A DNA stretch of 64,000 nt, taken from NCBI RefSeq assembly GCF_009914755.1, contig NC_060930.1, one strand, 5' to 3'. Below are positions 12,760 through 27,755 of the stretch, piece after piece. The DNA comes from the human T2T-CHM13v2.0 reference genome, Homo sapiens. A program made the position numbers and the translations under genes. The stretch's first letter is position 1; the number at the start of each line of letters is the position of its first letter. The notes under the pieces are model-generated. The model was not told where the DNA came from, did no database searches, and worked only from the letters and a program-made list of their open reading frames with translations.

Positions 12760-13285
12760 ACTTTACAGTGGAGAAATATAATAGATGCTACCTCAGCTAA
12801 GTGATCAAGGTTAACATCAACAGCTAAGAGTAGCCTAAAGTTTGAGAAACTGTCACAGCTAAGACGAGTCCCGGTGATGGCATATACCTTTGATACTATG
12901 TGATGAGCATGGCACTTTACCGTTGTGTTCTTTCAAAAACCAAAAACCTGTGTCTAGTCACGAGAAAAACATCAGACGAATCCCCATAGAAGGACATTCT
13001 ACAAAATATCAGTTTATTTCTCAAAACTGTCATCAAAAACAAGGAAAGTTGCAGAAACTGTCACAGCCAAGGGAAGCCTAAGGAAACATGACAACTAAAT
13101 GTAATGTGGTATCCTGAATGGGATCCTGGGACAGAAAAAGGACATTAGGTTATAAACTAAGGAAATCTGAATGAAGTATGAATGTAATGATCAATATTGG
13201 CTCATTAATGCCCATAGATGTATATGGGACCTCTGTATTTGGAGTTTTTCTGTAAATCTAAAACTACTCTAAAATAAAAGGTTTA
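12760..13285 (+). mobile_element. Old L1M (MC/MD-like) 3' UTR fragment inside the inferred RGS17 3' UTR
   Basis: aagtgatcaaggttaacatca...gacattctacaaaata...catgacaactaaatgtaatgtggtatcctg motifs, ending in aaaataaaa. Confidence 0.65.
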
Positions 13286-13321
13286 ATGGACACATTACTA
13301 TTTTAAATTTTATACATTTTA

Positions 13322-13448
13322 TTTTTTTCTTAGAGTCAGGGTCTCACTTTGTTGCATAGACATGTCTGGAACTCCTGGGCTCAAGTGATCCTCACGCCTT
13401 AGTCTCCCAAAGTGCTGGGATTGTATGCGTGAGCCACCGTGCCTGGCC
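13322..13448 (-). mobile_element. FLAM / Alu monomer
   Basis: Single Alu left-arm-like monomer with a short poly-T. Confidence 0.8.
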
Positions 13449-13708
13449 CATTACCACCTTTTATTAAGTTTTTATTTTCATTGTAAAATTGTTAAAGAAA
13501 ATCATACCACCTTAATATTAAAAAGAGTGTTTTCTAATTGTCAATCTCTTATAACTTAGTCTTAGCCCTATAACTCATTTATATATTTAGCAAGTAATTT
13601 GATATTATTTCTGTCCTTGGGAATGTTGTTTTATTTCCTTTGGAAATAAAACTTTCAAATGATTGATCTTATTTAAACTTTAATTTTAACCTATAATTGT
13701 ATATCCAT

Positions 13709-13757
13709 TTATCATCTATCTATCTATCATCTATCTATCAATCATCTATCTATCTAT
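13709..13757. repeat. (TATC)n tetranucleotide microsatellite, interrupted
   Basis: Seen directly. Confidence 0.9.
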
Positions 13758-14797
13758 GTCATTGAAAGAAACATTTCTATAGATTTGAGGTGATGGTGAA
13801 CTGAAAGTACTGATTTGGGATCACATTATTGAGAAAAGCAGTAACACTGATATAGTGTTCCATCTTAAAACATGATTGTATGTTTTGATGAGTAGCTAAA
13901 TCAGATGTTTAACGTATGTTTTGGAAAAAAATAGGGGAAAGTGCATTAAAGTGACATTTAATACAAGTATACAATAACAATTATTGACGTGATGCACTTT
14001 GATAAAATAATAATGTATGCCACACTTTATTCTTTCCACGTTTGTTTTATTTAATGCTCATAGTTATCCTGATAATTACGTATTTTATTTGTCATTTGCA
14101 GATGAGGAAATGAACTCAGAGAAGATAAATGATTTGCCCAAAGTCACATGAGACAGAAATATAACTTGAAATCAAATTTGTAATTTTAAGTTCCTGATGT
14201 TTTTACACTATGCTCCCTAAGTGAATCTGTGGACATACATTTCCATTAGTAACCTTACTCATCTTATAGCTTTTGTCATAGGAAGAAAATCAGTTCCCAA
14301 ACTGGGACCTTCTATCACCTAGGGCAACATTTTGCCTTTTGTAGTGTTTTCAGTAGAGTCAAAGTCTTGAACAGCCTCTTGAATTCATCTGAAAAGATGT
14401 TACTTGGGGCTGGAGAGGACTACACCTGTAAGAGTAATAATTTCAAAAATACCTATAAATAAATCAAATCTGGGTATTTAGAAATAATACTTGTCATTGT
14501 GCACCATCTTGTGTTGCAAGGATATTTTAAGCACTGCAGGGAAAATCTGAAGCAAGTTTTGGGTTATCAGTTTTATTGATAAATATTTGCAGTTGTAGCA
14601 AGTGAAGAATTAAAAATTTTTGCAGATTGGATATTGTTTTTGCAGGAGAACAAACCCATTGGTCAGAAATTTGAAGATGGAAAACACAAAAATACATGTT
14701 TGAAAAATATACTTAGAAAATTATGGTTGTAAACTGTCAATGTAAACAGATAGGCGAAAATATTTTTTGGAAATATCTTTACCATCTTTCAAAATAA

Positions 14798-15229
<432 letters not shown>

Positions 15230-18200
15230 TGACTTTTTTGATTGTATTTTAAATTCCTTCTCTTTTACATTTCAACACCAAAGCATCTAATAATTGGTAT
15301 TTTTTGAGATATAATTTGTCACAATTACAATATGATTTTTTAAAGTATAAATAAGTTAAAGGTATAGAAAAATGGATAAACTCAAAAGTAAAAATCAGGC
15401 ATTATTTTAAATTAGCTTAATGGGATGAAAATGTATTTTTGCTCCTAATAAATAAATATTATTCACTTATCCCTATAGTCCTTTGGCAAAACTGAACTAT
15501 CAGGTAGATAAACAACACGTATTTCATTCTGTAAGTCAGAACCTAGGCAGCATTAAAGGATACTAATAAACATCCATGCACTAAGACGGCATATCAGAAC
15601 TGGTCATTCTATGTACATATTTTAAGATTTCAAAAAAAAAAACATCACATTATGGTCTTGACTTCTGCATTTCATAACTTTAGTATCAAAGTTGTGTTTT
15701 GCTCTTGTTGTTCATGTGCACACTCCAACACTGTCAGAGCATCTCTACTACCTTTGGATAACATCATAACAGCCCGAGTAAAGAAGTGCCATCCATCCAT
15801 TACTGGTGTGATTAATGTACAAGATCAATCTCTGAAGAAATCTGGCTCTCCAATTTATTTATATATACATAATCTGTATCCTCTACTTTCTTTTATAGAT
15901 ACATCTAAAGTTAGGCACTATAGAAAGTGCATTAATCTCTTTCTGTGTGCATCAGCAAATTCTAATAGTATACAAAGATACCTTGGCAATTGAAAACACA
16001 AAGTGTCCATTTTAAAGTGCTAATTTTTCCCCAGGGAGGAATTTACTCACTAGGAAAACTCAAATTCTAAGAAAACAAATATTGTGCTCTTGGAATGGTA
16101 GCATAGACACCAGTTGAAGGCTCTTTTGTTTATTTATAATAGCTCTGTAACTTAAACAGAAGGAATTATATCATACTTAGAAAATTAGTAGAGTTGCAAA
16201 TATACAGACATACTCTTAAATGAGAAACCCTCCCCTCACCCAAAAATACGAGTTTAGCACAGAAATGCTCACATAGCATGGTTATCAACATCTGATGTGT
16301 AAATCTGCTCTCGAATCTTTTTTAACTCAACTTCCTCATCAGGTTTCAAAAGGATATACCAACTTTAAAATCTGTGTTCTACAAATGCCCAGGTTAGAGA
16401 TTAGGACTCTTTATAACGGCCCTTATCTTTTACATTTGGTAAAATATTAAAGATATTGTCAAACAGACAATTCATCTAATAGTCCAAAGTATCTTATAAA
16501 GATAACTTATGACTAGCAGGTCACCATCATATATAGTAACAACGAGAATATAAAGTCTACATTTAAAAAGATGGATGCATGCAGTGTATCACAGTATATT
16601 ACATATTTTCTAGTCATGTGCACCAATTTGTTGTGCCTCACACACAGAAACAAATATGATACTACACCATACATGTGTATATATCATAGTAGCATAATAA
16701 ACTCAATTCTAAGCAAGAAAAAAATTAAATAATTTAGGAACAATAGAACTTCACAATAGAAGTGATGATTCTTTTAGGTTTTTCTTTACTCTTTAGGAAA
16801 AAATATGACTTTTTGTAAACATCTTCATAGCTATCTTTTTTTCAACATATTACTGAAAACTTATTCAAATAGTATTTAAATGACATGAATAAAATATGTC
16901 TTAACACACTAACACTTTCAGAAAACACAGGCATTTGTTAAAAGAAATGATTATTATAAATATTTTCTATCTTGCATTTTAACTGCATTTTCATAAATAA
17001 CGTATTTAAAAGTGCTGAATATGGTAGGATAGTCAGCAACGCCAGTGTAAACAGAATATTTTGTTTTCTACTCTGCAATTTTTAAAAAATCCCATTTTGT
17101 CAAACACTGCAACAGTTAAAATATTTGCATAGGGAATAGATAATAGCCCTTTTATTCATGTCTCCTGAATTCTATATAAATTAGAAAATCATACTTGCTT
17201 AAAAAAACCATTTTTGAAATGTTTTAAGTTTATGGAAAAAGAAACTTGTGATGCCAACCTTTCAAGTAAAATAAATTTAAAAAGAAACCCCCAAACTTGT
17301 TTTTTTAAAAAATATGTTTAATAAATTAAAAAATGAGAGGTAGTTAAAAAAATGACAAAGAAAACCTGTAACTGTAATATCATCCTTAATATAAGGCCAG
17401 TGTTCTCAGTGGATATAAATCTTTTTAAAACTTTCATTTTAGGTTACTCAGTATTATATTCATTCAGTTTAATATTAAAAAAATAGTCTTCAGGGGATAT
17501 TAATATTCAAATGTAACACTTTGATATAAATATGACACTGATTATTTTAATTATCACTTTTATGCATGACAGAATATTGTTTCCTTGAAGGTCAGAAGTA
17601 CATGACAATGTCAGGCAAGTGTTTTGTCGTAAAGATTTAGTGTACTTATAAAAAATAATATGGCAGCTGGAAGATTTGAGCACTGTACTGCCTTTTAATG
17701 ATGGATGAAAACTAATAGTTTGGTTTAAACATCTTTAAAATGTCATCCTTAAGATATTATGTGAAAACAGTTAAGGTCTGAAGTAGAGGATTATTTTCTT
17801 CATAACCCTTATAAAACTTTTCCTGGTAAAAACTTAGCTTTTCATTGGATTTCACTTTCAAGGAAAATATGCCACAGGACAGATGCTATTCATCAAAATG
17901 TTTTACAGTGCTACATGTAGGCATTCCTTTATTAAGTCCTTTTCTTTATATTCCAAAACTAAGTTATCAAGCTTATTATTATTTTTTTCTTGCTGAAGTA
18001 CATAACTTTACACAACCATTTTAAAACTGGAGAGCCAGTCTTTAATAAATTAATTACAGTATTGGACATCTGATATATACATAAATTCATTTTCTTCTAT
18101 TACAGTTAAAAGCAATATCACTCTTTTGATTTGTCATTGAGATAGGATATCTTCAAATTGTTTTGTGCTTTTTTCCTTCTTCCCTTTTTTTTTTTTTTTG

Positions 18201-18874
18201 TTTTTTGCTTTTAGCATAGTAAACTCTCCTGTAATGAAAATGCCACAGTTTTGGCAGTGAACAACCAGAGGAATCCCCATTAGGATTTTCCAACAAACAG
18301 AGATAAATAGCTCTTTTTCATGTACAGAAATATTGGCTTCAAAATTAGTGTACTAAACACAGTATATAGAATGTTGAATACCATTGTTACATAGTAAAAA
18401 TTGCTTTTTTTCTGTCTTAGATTATGTTAAAAAATGCAAACCATGGCCGATTTTTTTGGCAATTATTTCTTAAGACCATATTGCACAAAAGTCCTTAAAT
18501 ACAGATATAAGTTATGCTACTGGATTAAATATTACAACAACTATGTGGCAAATGAAGCATTTTACTTTGCACATGCAGTCTCTGGAGATACACGAGGAGA
18601 CTGTTCATAGGACTACAAATACACTTTGCTTGCAAGTAGAATGAGTCTTGAATAAAACAAACAATTTGGCAATTCATTGTTTTGTGTGGTATTTTCTCCA
18701 AACTTAACCATGGAAAACCTTGATAAAAATGGAGACAAAGACCATAACGGTTGTGTTTTCACAGTAGCCTGAGGAATGCTAAACTGTAGTTCTCCAGGAA
18801 CTCAGTTTCTGATGTTATTTAACTACTTTTATTTCCCATCTCAGCCCTCCAAAATGATTGTTTTTAAATGAACA

Positions 18875-19063
18875 TTAAGATTCAGAAGAAGAGCCAGCAG
18901 TACTTTCAACAAATGACTTATAAATTTGAGAGTTCAAAAACCTTGGAAAAGAATCTCTGTGCATTAAAGTATATATCTGAAGTTGGGCATCTTCATACAT
19001 GTGAGGATTGGGATCCAACAGATTTCTATTGATCACCTCTCTAACTCGAGAATCAAGACTGAC
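18875..19063 (-). CDS. RGS17: RGS17 last coding exon (VSLDSRVREVINRNLLDPNPHMYEDAQLQIYTLMHRDSFPRFLNSQIYKSFVESTAGSSSES*)
   Basis: Manual translation; acceptor tag|GTC at 19064/19063; TAA at 18877-18875; 189 nt; RGS-box C-terminal motif LM..DS.PRFL.S. Confidence 0.96.
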   Translation of the reverse strand, partial: VSLDSRVREVINRNLLDPNPHMYEDAQLQIYTLMHRDSFPRFLNSQIYKSFVESTAGSSSES

Positions 19064-21816
19064 CTAAAAAGAAACAAGAGCAAATACATTAAATTTTTTT
19101 CAAAAGACCTCAATTAAGTAACTGTAGGTTTGTGACATTTTAGAGAAACTTTAAAGAGCAAATCCAACTACCAAAAGTCTTGGGTTCATCTTTTGAGACT
19201 ACACAACCTTATGTACTTTTCTCCTTCAAAATTTGCACTAAATAAACAAAAAAATCCAATTAAGTCTTTTAAACCAGAAATTTAGTTTACAGATGTCTTT
19301 GCTTACTTGGTTTTATGGTTTCTATGCATTCATTCAGGAGTTTTTGACAATTTCTAATCATGGTTGAGATACCAGAAATTTCCTAGCCAGAATGTGAATT
19401 CACCTCCTGCTATTCTGTGACTGGGGGAGGTTGGCAATATTGATAAGAAGATAAAAATCTACTGGCAGAAAAGAGTTCCCTGGCAAAAATTAGCATGCAT
19501 ATAAAATGCCAACTCCCCACAGTTTTGTATCCTAACAAGTCCTACTGTGTCAAAAGTAGGAAACCAAGAGTGTGGCAGGGCATGCAATGAGCAGGTATGC
19601 TTCATGTCTCACATCTACCTGGCAAGGACTAGCAAACATCCTTATATATCCAAAGACCTCTTACTAACGATGAAGCAGATCAGTTGCTTGGAGTGAGATC
19701 TTTGAGAGGAGAAACAGGAATAGGAATGCAGAATGACCATTAAGATAATCAATACAGTGTTATTTGAAAAGTGTACAAAAATTAAATTCTGCAATGATTT
19801 AGGATCTTCCCCCTTCCTCACTAAATGCAAATCCTCTTGGAACTGGTAAAACATGTTGGAAAGGGAAATGGGGAAAAATACTTGGCAATAAGGGCATGGT
19901 TGGAGGAACAGAACTAAAGCCCTGCGCTGAAACACCATGTTAGAACAACCCTACAAGTGGTAAACAACCACTCAAAGTCCAGATTGTTTTCCTCGATCCT
20001 CACTGTTTAGCAAGGAATAGGACCTGTGAACCATAGTTATTTCATGATATATTCACATAAAACCTTCCATATTTATATTTAAACATGTTGTCATAAGCAT
20101 TCTGCAAATGCCTTTTAGTTCTGGCTTCTTTTCCCACCACTGTTCAGACTAAGTCTGGGAACTAATACAGTCTCTTATTGAAGCCTCTCCTATTCCATCC
20201 AGTGTCCCCAGGTTCCTGACCTCAACAGACCACGTGGATTTGGGTTGATTGCTACACCCCAGGGATGGCTACTAGATTTGTTGGGAGATGGCAATCCAGA
20301 CTACATTTCTGTGGCTTAGCCAGACCAACTCATACAGGGACACCTCATTTTACTGCACTTCCCTTTATTTAGTTTTTCGCAGATACTGCGTTTGTTACAA
20401 ATTGAAGGCTTGTGGCGATCCTGTGTCAAGGAAGTCGACTGGCACCATTTTTCCAATAGCGTGTGCTCACTCTGTGTCTCTGTGTCACATTTTGGTAGTT
20501 CCCATAATATTTCACAATTTTCATCATTATTATATATTTTAAGGTGATCTGTGATCAGTGACCTTCGATGTTACTCTTGCAATTGTTTTAGGAGGCCATG
20601 AACCATGCCCATATAAGACTTAATTAATTCTTAATTGATGACTATAGTGTGTATACTGACTGTTCCACTGACCTGCTATTCCCATATCTTTGTCCCTCTC
20701 CTCAGGCCTCCCTATTTCCCACAGAGAAAACAATATTGAAATTAGGCCAGTTAATAACCCGCCAGTGGCCTCTAAGTGTTTAAGTGAAAGGAAGATTCAC
20801 ACATCTGTCACATTAAATAAAAAGCTAAGAAATGGTTAGTTAAACTTAATGAGGAAGGCATGTCGAAAGCTGAGACTGGTCAAAAGCTGGGCCTCTTTTG
20901 AAAGTTAGCCAAGTTGTGTAGGCAAAGGAAATGTTCTCAAAGGAAATTAAAAGTGTTACTCCAGTGAACATGTGAATAAGAAAGCAAAACAACCTGTTGC
21001 TGAAATGTAAAAAGTCTGAGTGGTCTGGATAGAAGATCAAACAAGCCACAACATTCCCTTAAGCCAAACCCTAATCCAGAGCAAGGTCCTAACTCTCTTC
21101 AATTCTGTGGAGACTGAGAGAGGTAAGGAAGCTGTGTAAGAAAAGTTTGAAGCTCACAGATGTTGGTTCATGAGGTGTAGGGAAAGAAGTTATCTCCATA
21201 ACATAAAAGTTCAAGGTGAAGCAGCAAATGGCTGATGTAGAAACTGCAGTAATTTATTCAGAAGATCTAGCTAAGATAATTGATGGAGGTGGCTACACTA
21301 AACAGCAGGTTTTCAGTATAGACAAAACAGCCTTATATTGGAAGAAGATGCTATCTAGGACTTTCAGAGCCAGAGAGAAGTCAATGCCTGATTTCAAAGA
21401 TTCAAGGACAGGCTGACTCTGCTGTTAAGGGCTAATACTAACTGGTAACTTTAAACAGATACGAATGCTTATTTACCATTCTGTAAATCCTAGAGCCCTT
21501 AAGAATTATGCTAAATCTACTCTGCCTGTGAACTATAAATGGAACAACAAAGCCTAGATGACAGCACATCTGTTTATAGCATGTCTTACTGGGTGTTTTA
21601 AGCCCACTGTCGAGCCCTACTGCTCAAAGAAAAAAAAGATTCCTTTTAAAGTTCTACTGCTCATTGACAATGCTCCTGGTCATCCGAGAGCTTTGATGAA
21701 GATGCACGAGGAAATTAGTATTGTTTTCATGCCTGCTAACACAGCATCCATTCTGCAGCCCATGGATCAAGAAGTAATTTCAACTCACAAGTATTATTTA
21801 AGAAATACATTTCAGA

Positions 21817-22111
<295 letters not shown>

Positions 22112-22940
22112 AAGAAACACATTTCATAAAGCTATCGCCGCCATAGTGATTCCTCTGATAGATCTAGGCAAAGCAAATGAAAAACCTTCTGGAAAGAATT
22201 CACCATTCTAGTCATTAAGAACATTTGTGATTCATCGAAGGAGGTCAAAATATCAACATTAACAGGAATTTAGAAAAAGTTGATTCCAACCCTCCTGGAT
22301 GATTTTGAGGAGTTCAAGACTTCAGTGGAGGAACTAACTGCAGATGTGGTGGAAATGGTAATAGAACTAGAATTAGAAGTGGAGCCTGAGGATAGGACTG
22401 ATTGCTCCGATTTCATAATAAAACTCTAAAGAATAGGGGCTTGCTTCTTATAGATGAGCAAAGAAAGTGGTTTCTTGAGATGGAATCTATTCCTGGTGAA
22501 GATGCTGTGAACATTGTTGAAATGACAACAAAGGATTTAGATTACATAAACTTAGTTGATAAAGCAGCAGCAGGGTTTGAGAGGATTGACTCCTATTTTG
22601 AAAGAAGCTCTACTGTGGGTAAAATGCTACCAAACAGCATTACATGCTATAGAGAAATCTTTTATGAAAGGAAGTCAATCGATGTGGCAAACTTCATTGT
22701 TTTCTTATTTGAATAAATTGCCACAGCCACCCCAACCTTCAGCAATACCAGCCTGATGAGTCAGCAGCCATCAATGTCGAAGCAAGACCCTCTCTCCACC
22801 AGCAAAAAGATTATGACTTTCTAAAAGCTCAGATGACTGTTAGCGGTTTTTATCAATAAGGTATTTTAAAATTAAGGTATCCACATTTTTAAGACATAAT
22901 GCTGTTGCTATGCTATTGCCAAGTATTGTTTATACTATGA

Positions 22941-23252
<312 letters not shown>

Positions 23253-26200
23253 AAGCATATCTTTTATGTGCATTGGGAAGCCAAAATATTTGTGCGACTT
23301 GTTTTGTGGTATTTGCTTTATTGTGGTTGTCTGTAACTGAACCTGCAGTATTGCTGAAGCAAGCCTAAAAAACATTACTTGGCTGAACTACACATTTGTC
23401 TTTATTGGGAATTCTTTAAAAATAAAAATGTTCTGGAAATGAATTGTTCAGTTTTTATTTTCTGTTATTACCACATGAGGTCACTATCAAGTACAAAGTA
23501 ATTTTAAAAAGCACAGAATATTTTTCCCCAACGTTTTTATTTTACCTGAAAATGTATTTTTGCATTTATATGCCAGAGGGAAATGCTGACACTGGAGTTT
23601 AAACTGAGATAAACTGATTTATCTTATTCTGGAACATCATGTTATGGTAAGGTAAATTCTTACCAAACACACTCCTCTGTTTTCTTTCAAACTTGAGAAA
23701 ACTTTTTGTTTCAATAGAGCAGGAAACCTTACATTAGAGATTAAAAAAGGGGGGGTCATTTACTTCTTAAAAAGTAGTATCATTAAATATAGTGTAAAAG
23801 TTTCTTCTCAGTAGAAGGAATCATTATTATCTTAAGACAAATAAAATAAACTATTAAATGGCTTATGTCCTCATTGTTTAATTTTTAATTTTTTTGCAAG
23901 CTAAAAACAGTAGTGAAATATTGTAAAGTCATACAGTTCAATATTTAGTAATCTATAACAAAAATGCATTTGTTATTTCTATTTAAAGAATAAAATATTT
24001 ACCTTAATATCAGGTTGTTTGTCTGAAAAGGCTGTCGATCAGTCAAAAGAAGTGTAGCGAGGTCAAATAATAAGGATAAACCCCATGGGGATAACAATCT
24101 ATTGTTTCATCTTGTGCCATCTTTGTGCTTCAGAATGTGGATCATCTATAATACAAGGTATTGGTGGTGGATCCCAGTTGGGCCTGGGCCACAGTCACCC
24201 TAGGATTCAGGTGTGTCTGGATGGCTTCTAAAGCCATCTTATCTGGGCTCCATTGCATGAGGGACTGAGGAATTTCCTGTAAAGAACTCATCCTAAGGGA
24301 AGAGAAAGTTGAGTAGCACAAGATAAGAGCTATCCTCGGGCAATGCATGTCTCCTCTTATCTCAGGCCACAAAGACCCATACCAAGGTGGTGTGGAGAAA
24401 AGAGTGCATTCCAGCAATAACAGAATTTATAGCACAAAAGCACTACCCTTGTGAGACAGGGCACAAGACAGCATGATAGGTTTGACCGCATTTAACTGGC
24501 AGTTTTAGCAGTGCTGAAAAGTCCGGCAATGTTGAGACATAGCAACTGAAGTTTTAAAAAGACACAAGTGACTTTGCAATAGGTCTCGGTGAACTTGGAA
24601 GCATTCATTCCCACAGGGAGCAGGAGACAGGGAGGCAGAAAAGCAAGGGACTTGCAAGCAAAAAGTCATGAGAGCGAAGTGGTCAACAAAAGTATGGAGG
24701 TAAAGCGAGGAGAATGAAGACAGAGAAATCTTGTTAGTGTGGCTTGGGAAAATCTGGGCTAAACGGAGTCATATACCCTGGTTAATCTTACTAGATTTCC
24801 TATTCATTGAAGGAGGACATGAAGGTGGGTTAGCATTGCTGAAAGGGGGTACACCAACTTTTCACCCTGCCTTTTTATTCCAGTCATCAAGATGCAAGGG
24901 AAAATTTGATCCTATGGACATTTTTGGCATAATTATACGAGAATATTGAATTTTTACTGAAAGTCTTTTTCTCTGTAGAGAACCTTTCTTTATGTTATTT
25001 AATTCCCTGAACAATGTTTTTCACGTATCACATCCAAGTGTTTTCTCCATTTTTCTCTCTTATTTTTACTGTTACTGAAGTTGCTTTATTTAGAATTCCT
25101 TTCCAAGTAAAATTCTGATTAATTTTTTCCCTTTATAAGTCCATATCAAATTTTACCAATGGTAACATCTGCCACTGGAAATTTTCTTTTCTGCTTTTAA
25201 TTTGAACTAAATTTGGTATTCCTATGTTAAATTTTATAAATCTAAAGAATACATGATCCTCCTATCAATTTTCATTTTTACTTTGTGTACATTTAGTCAC
25301 ATTTTATTTTGTGCTTGTTATTTCTCCTGAAAATAATGGCACATTGCAAATAAGACCAGTTGTTTGAATTTCTCTCTTAGAACAAAGATTATTGGTAGGG
25401 TAAACTGTAATGTAATACTCTTGGTGGTGTCTGGATGATAGGAAAGTATATCCTGCTGGTCTAGGGGAGGGTTCAGGCCTGTGGTTAAGGTTGCTATTTC
25501 TCATCATGTGTGAAGTTCTACGGTTGGGTTTATAGAAATCTAAGGTAACATCAGGAAGAAAATATTAGGCAATGGAAGAATTAATCAGCATGGTATATTT
25601 GGAAAAGCACCACATTTGGAATCAGAAGATCTTGGGCTTGAATTCTATCTCTACCAGATATATTTATAATTTCCTCAAACATTCATTTCACCTCTTTGAG
25701 TATCAGTTTCTTTTGCTGTAAAGTGGTACCATCGGTCCTCGTGGCTGAAAGATTGTTGTGAGACTCAGACTGTAATAATATAGGCAAGATCACTGTGCCA
25801 ATAATGAAGCCAATGTAAAGTAATTAATAATAATTGATCATAATTATGACATCATCTTGATCAAACCCAATGTGTTTGGCTTTTGCATCAATTTGAATTT
25901 TACCTTCTCAGAATGACCTTACCTGACTACTTCTATTCCATCTAATTCAATCTCCAGCCCATCACAATTTTTAGTTACTTATTTCAACAAGATTTGTCTG
26001 TCTTCCTAAAATGTAAGCTCCATTAAGGGATCGGCCAGTGTCTCTTGTTTATCATCATATCCCCAACATCTAGTCCAGTGCTTGGCTCATAGGAAATAGT
26101 CAATATTTTTTGAATGATAATATGCGTGCATAAAAATACATTTAGGAAAATACAGTCAAGTGAGTTCTGTTTAGAAAAACTGACTTAAATCATTGAATGT

Positions 26201-26736
26201 GCTAAATTCACATAATTTCACTTAAAGACATATCTACATGGACACACAGAATCTGCATGTCTATCACATAAGCATTATTTTGTAGATAATTCTGGTGTTC
26301 AAATAGGTCTATTACTTTTTTCTCTCAGATGGTAACTGGGAAGTTAGAAAAATCAGAAAAAGCAAACTCCTACTACGATTACAATTACCATTCCCCAGAG
26401 CTTGAACATCACAGATATCACGGGTTTTTGGGCTTTCCCCATGCCTTCATTCATAACACTAGGACGTGGAGGTTCCAGCGCACTAAAGCGAGCTGCTAAG
26501 TGGCTCACAGATGGTAAGTGACAGATGCAGTTTATAGTCCTGGTAACGACAACGCCATCACTAGGCAGATTTCTACATAACTGGACCATGGTTTTCTTCA
26601 ATTCAGATACATATCTTATATTTATTGAAGGATTTATAGTTATTTCTTTGTTCAGTAGCTTAATGCTGTTTACAGTTGATAAGAGCCTCTAAGTAGATTT
26701 TTTATTCAAGTTATTTATTTTGCTAGGTTTGTCTTT

Positions 26737-27157
26737 TGATATCGTTTGGATGTTTGTTCCCACCCTAATCACAGGTTGAAATGTAATCCCCAGTGTTGGA
26801 GATGGGGTCTGGTGGGAGATGACTGGTTCATGGGGGCAGATTTCTCATGAATGCTTTAGCACCATCTTCTTGGTTCTGTCCTTGAGATAGTGAGTGAATT
26901 CTTGCGAGATCTGGTTATTTAAAAGTGAGTGGCACCTCCCCACCCCTTGCTCCTGCTTTGCCCATGTGATGTACTTGATCTCCCTTCATCTTATGCCATG
27001 ATTATAAGCTTCCTGAGGCCTCCCTAGAAGCTGAGCTGATGCCAGCACCTTGCTTCCTGTGAAGCCTGCAGAACTGTGAGCCAATTAAACCACTTTTCTT
27101 TATAAATTACCCAGTTTCAGGTATTTCTTTATAGCAATGCAAGATTGGCCTAACACA
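26737..27157 (+). mobile_element. MST-family (MSTA-like) solo LTR
   Basis: TG...CA ends, perfect TCTTT 5-bp TSD (26732-26736 / 27158-27162), MaLR LTR motifs. Confidence 0.88.
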
Positions 27158-27387
27158 TCTTTTCAATAATAAATATAAGCTGCCACCAAAATCTGCAATG
27201 TGGAGCAAGTCTACTATTAGGCTTAAAGGCCTCTTTATTATCTTCATTTGTTTTCCCTTGAAGACATCACTTTTAAAAAATTTACTTTTTAAAACAAATG
27301 TGTAAATTTCTAGTTTTTTTTTTAGTTTGGCCTTTTCCTTCATAAAATGTACACTATACCAAGAACAGAAGTTATGTCACCTCCTAA

Positions 27388-27755
<368 letters not shown>

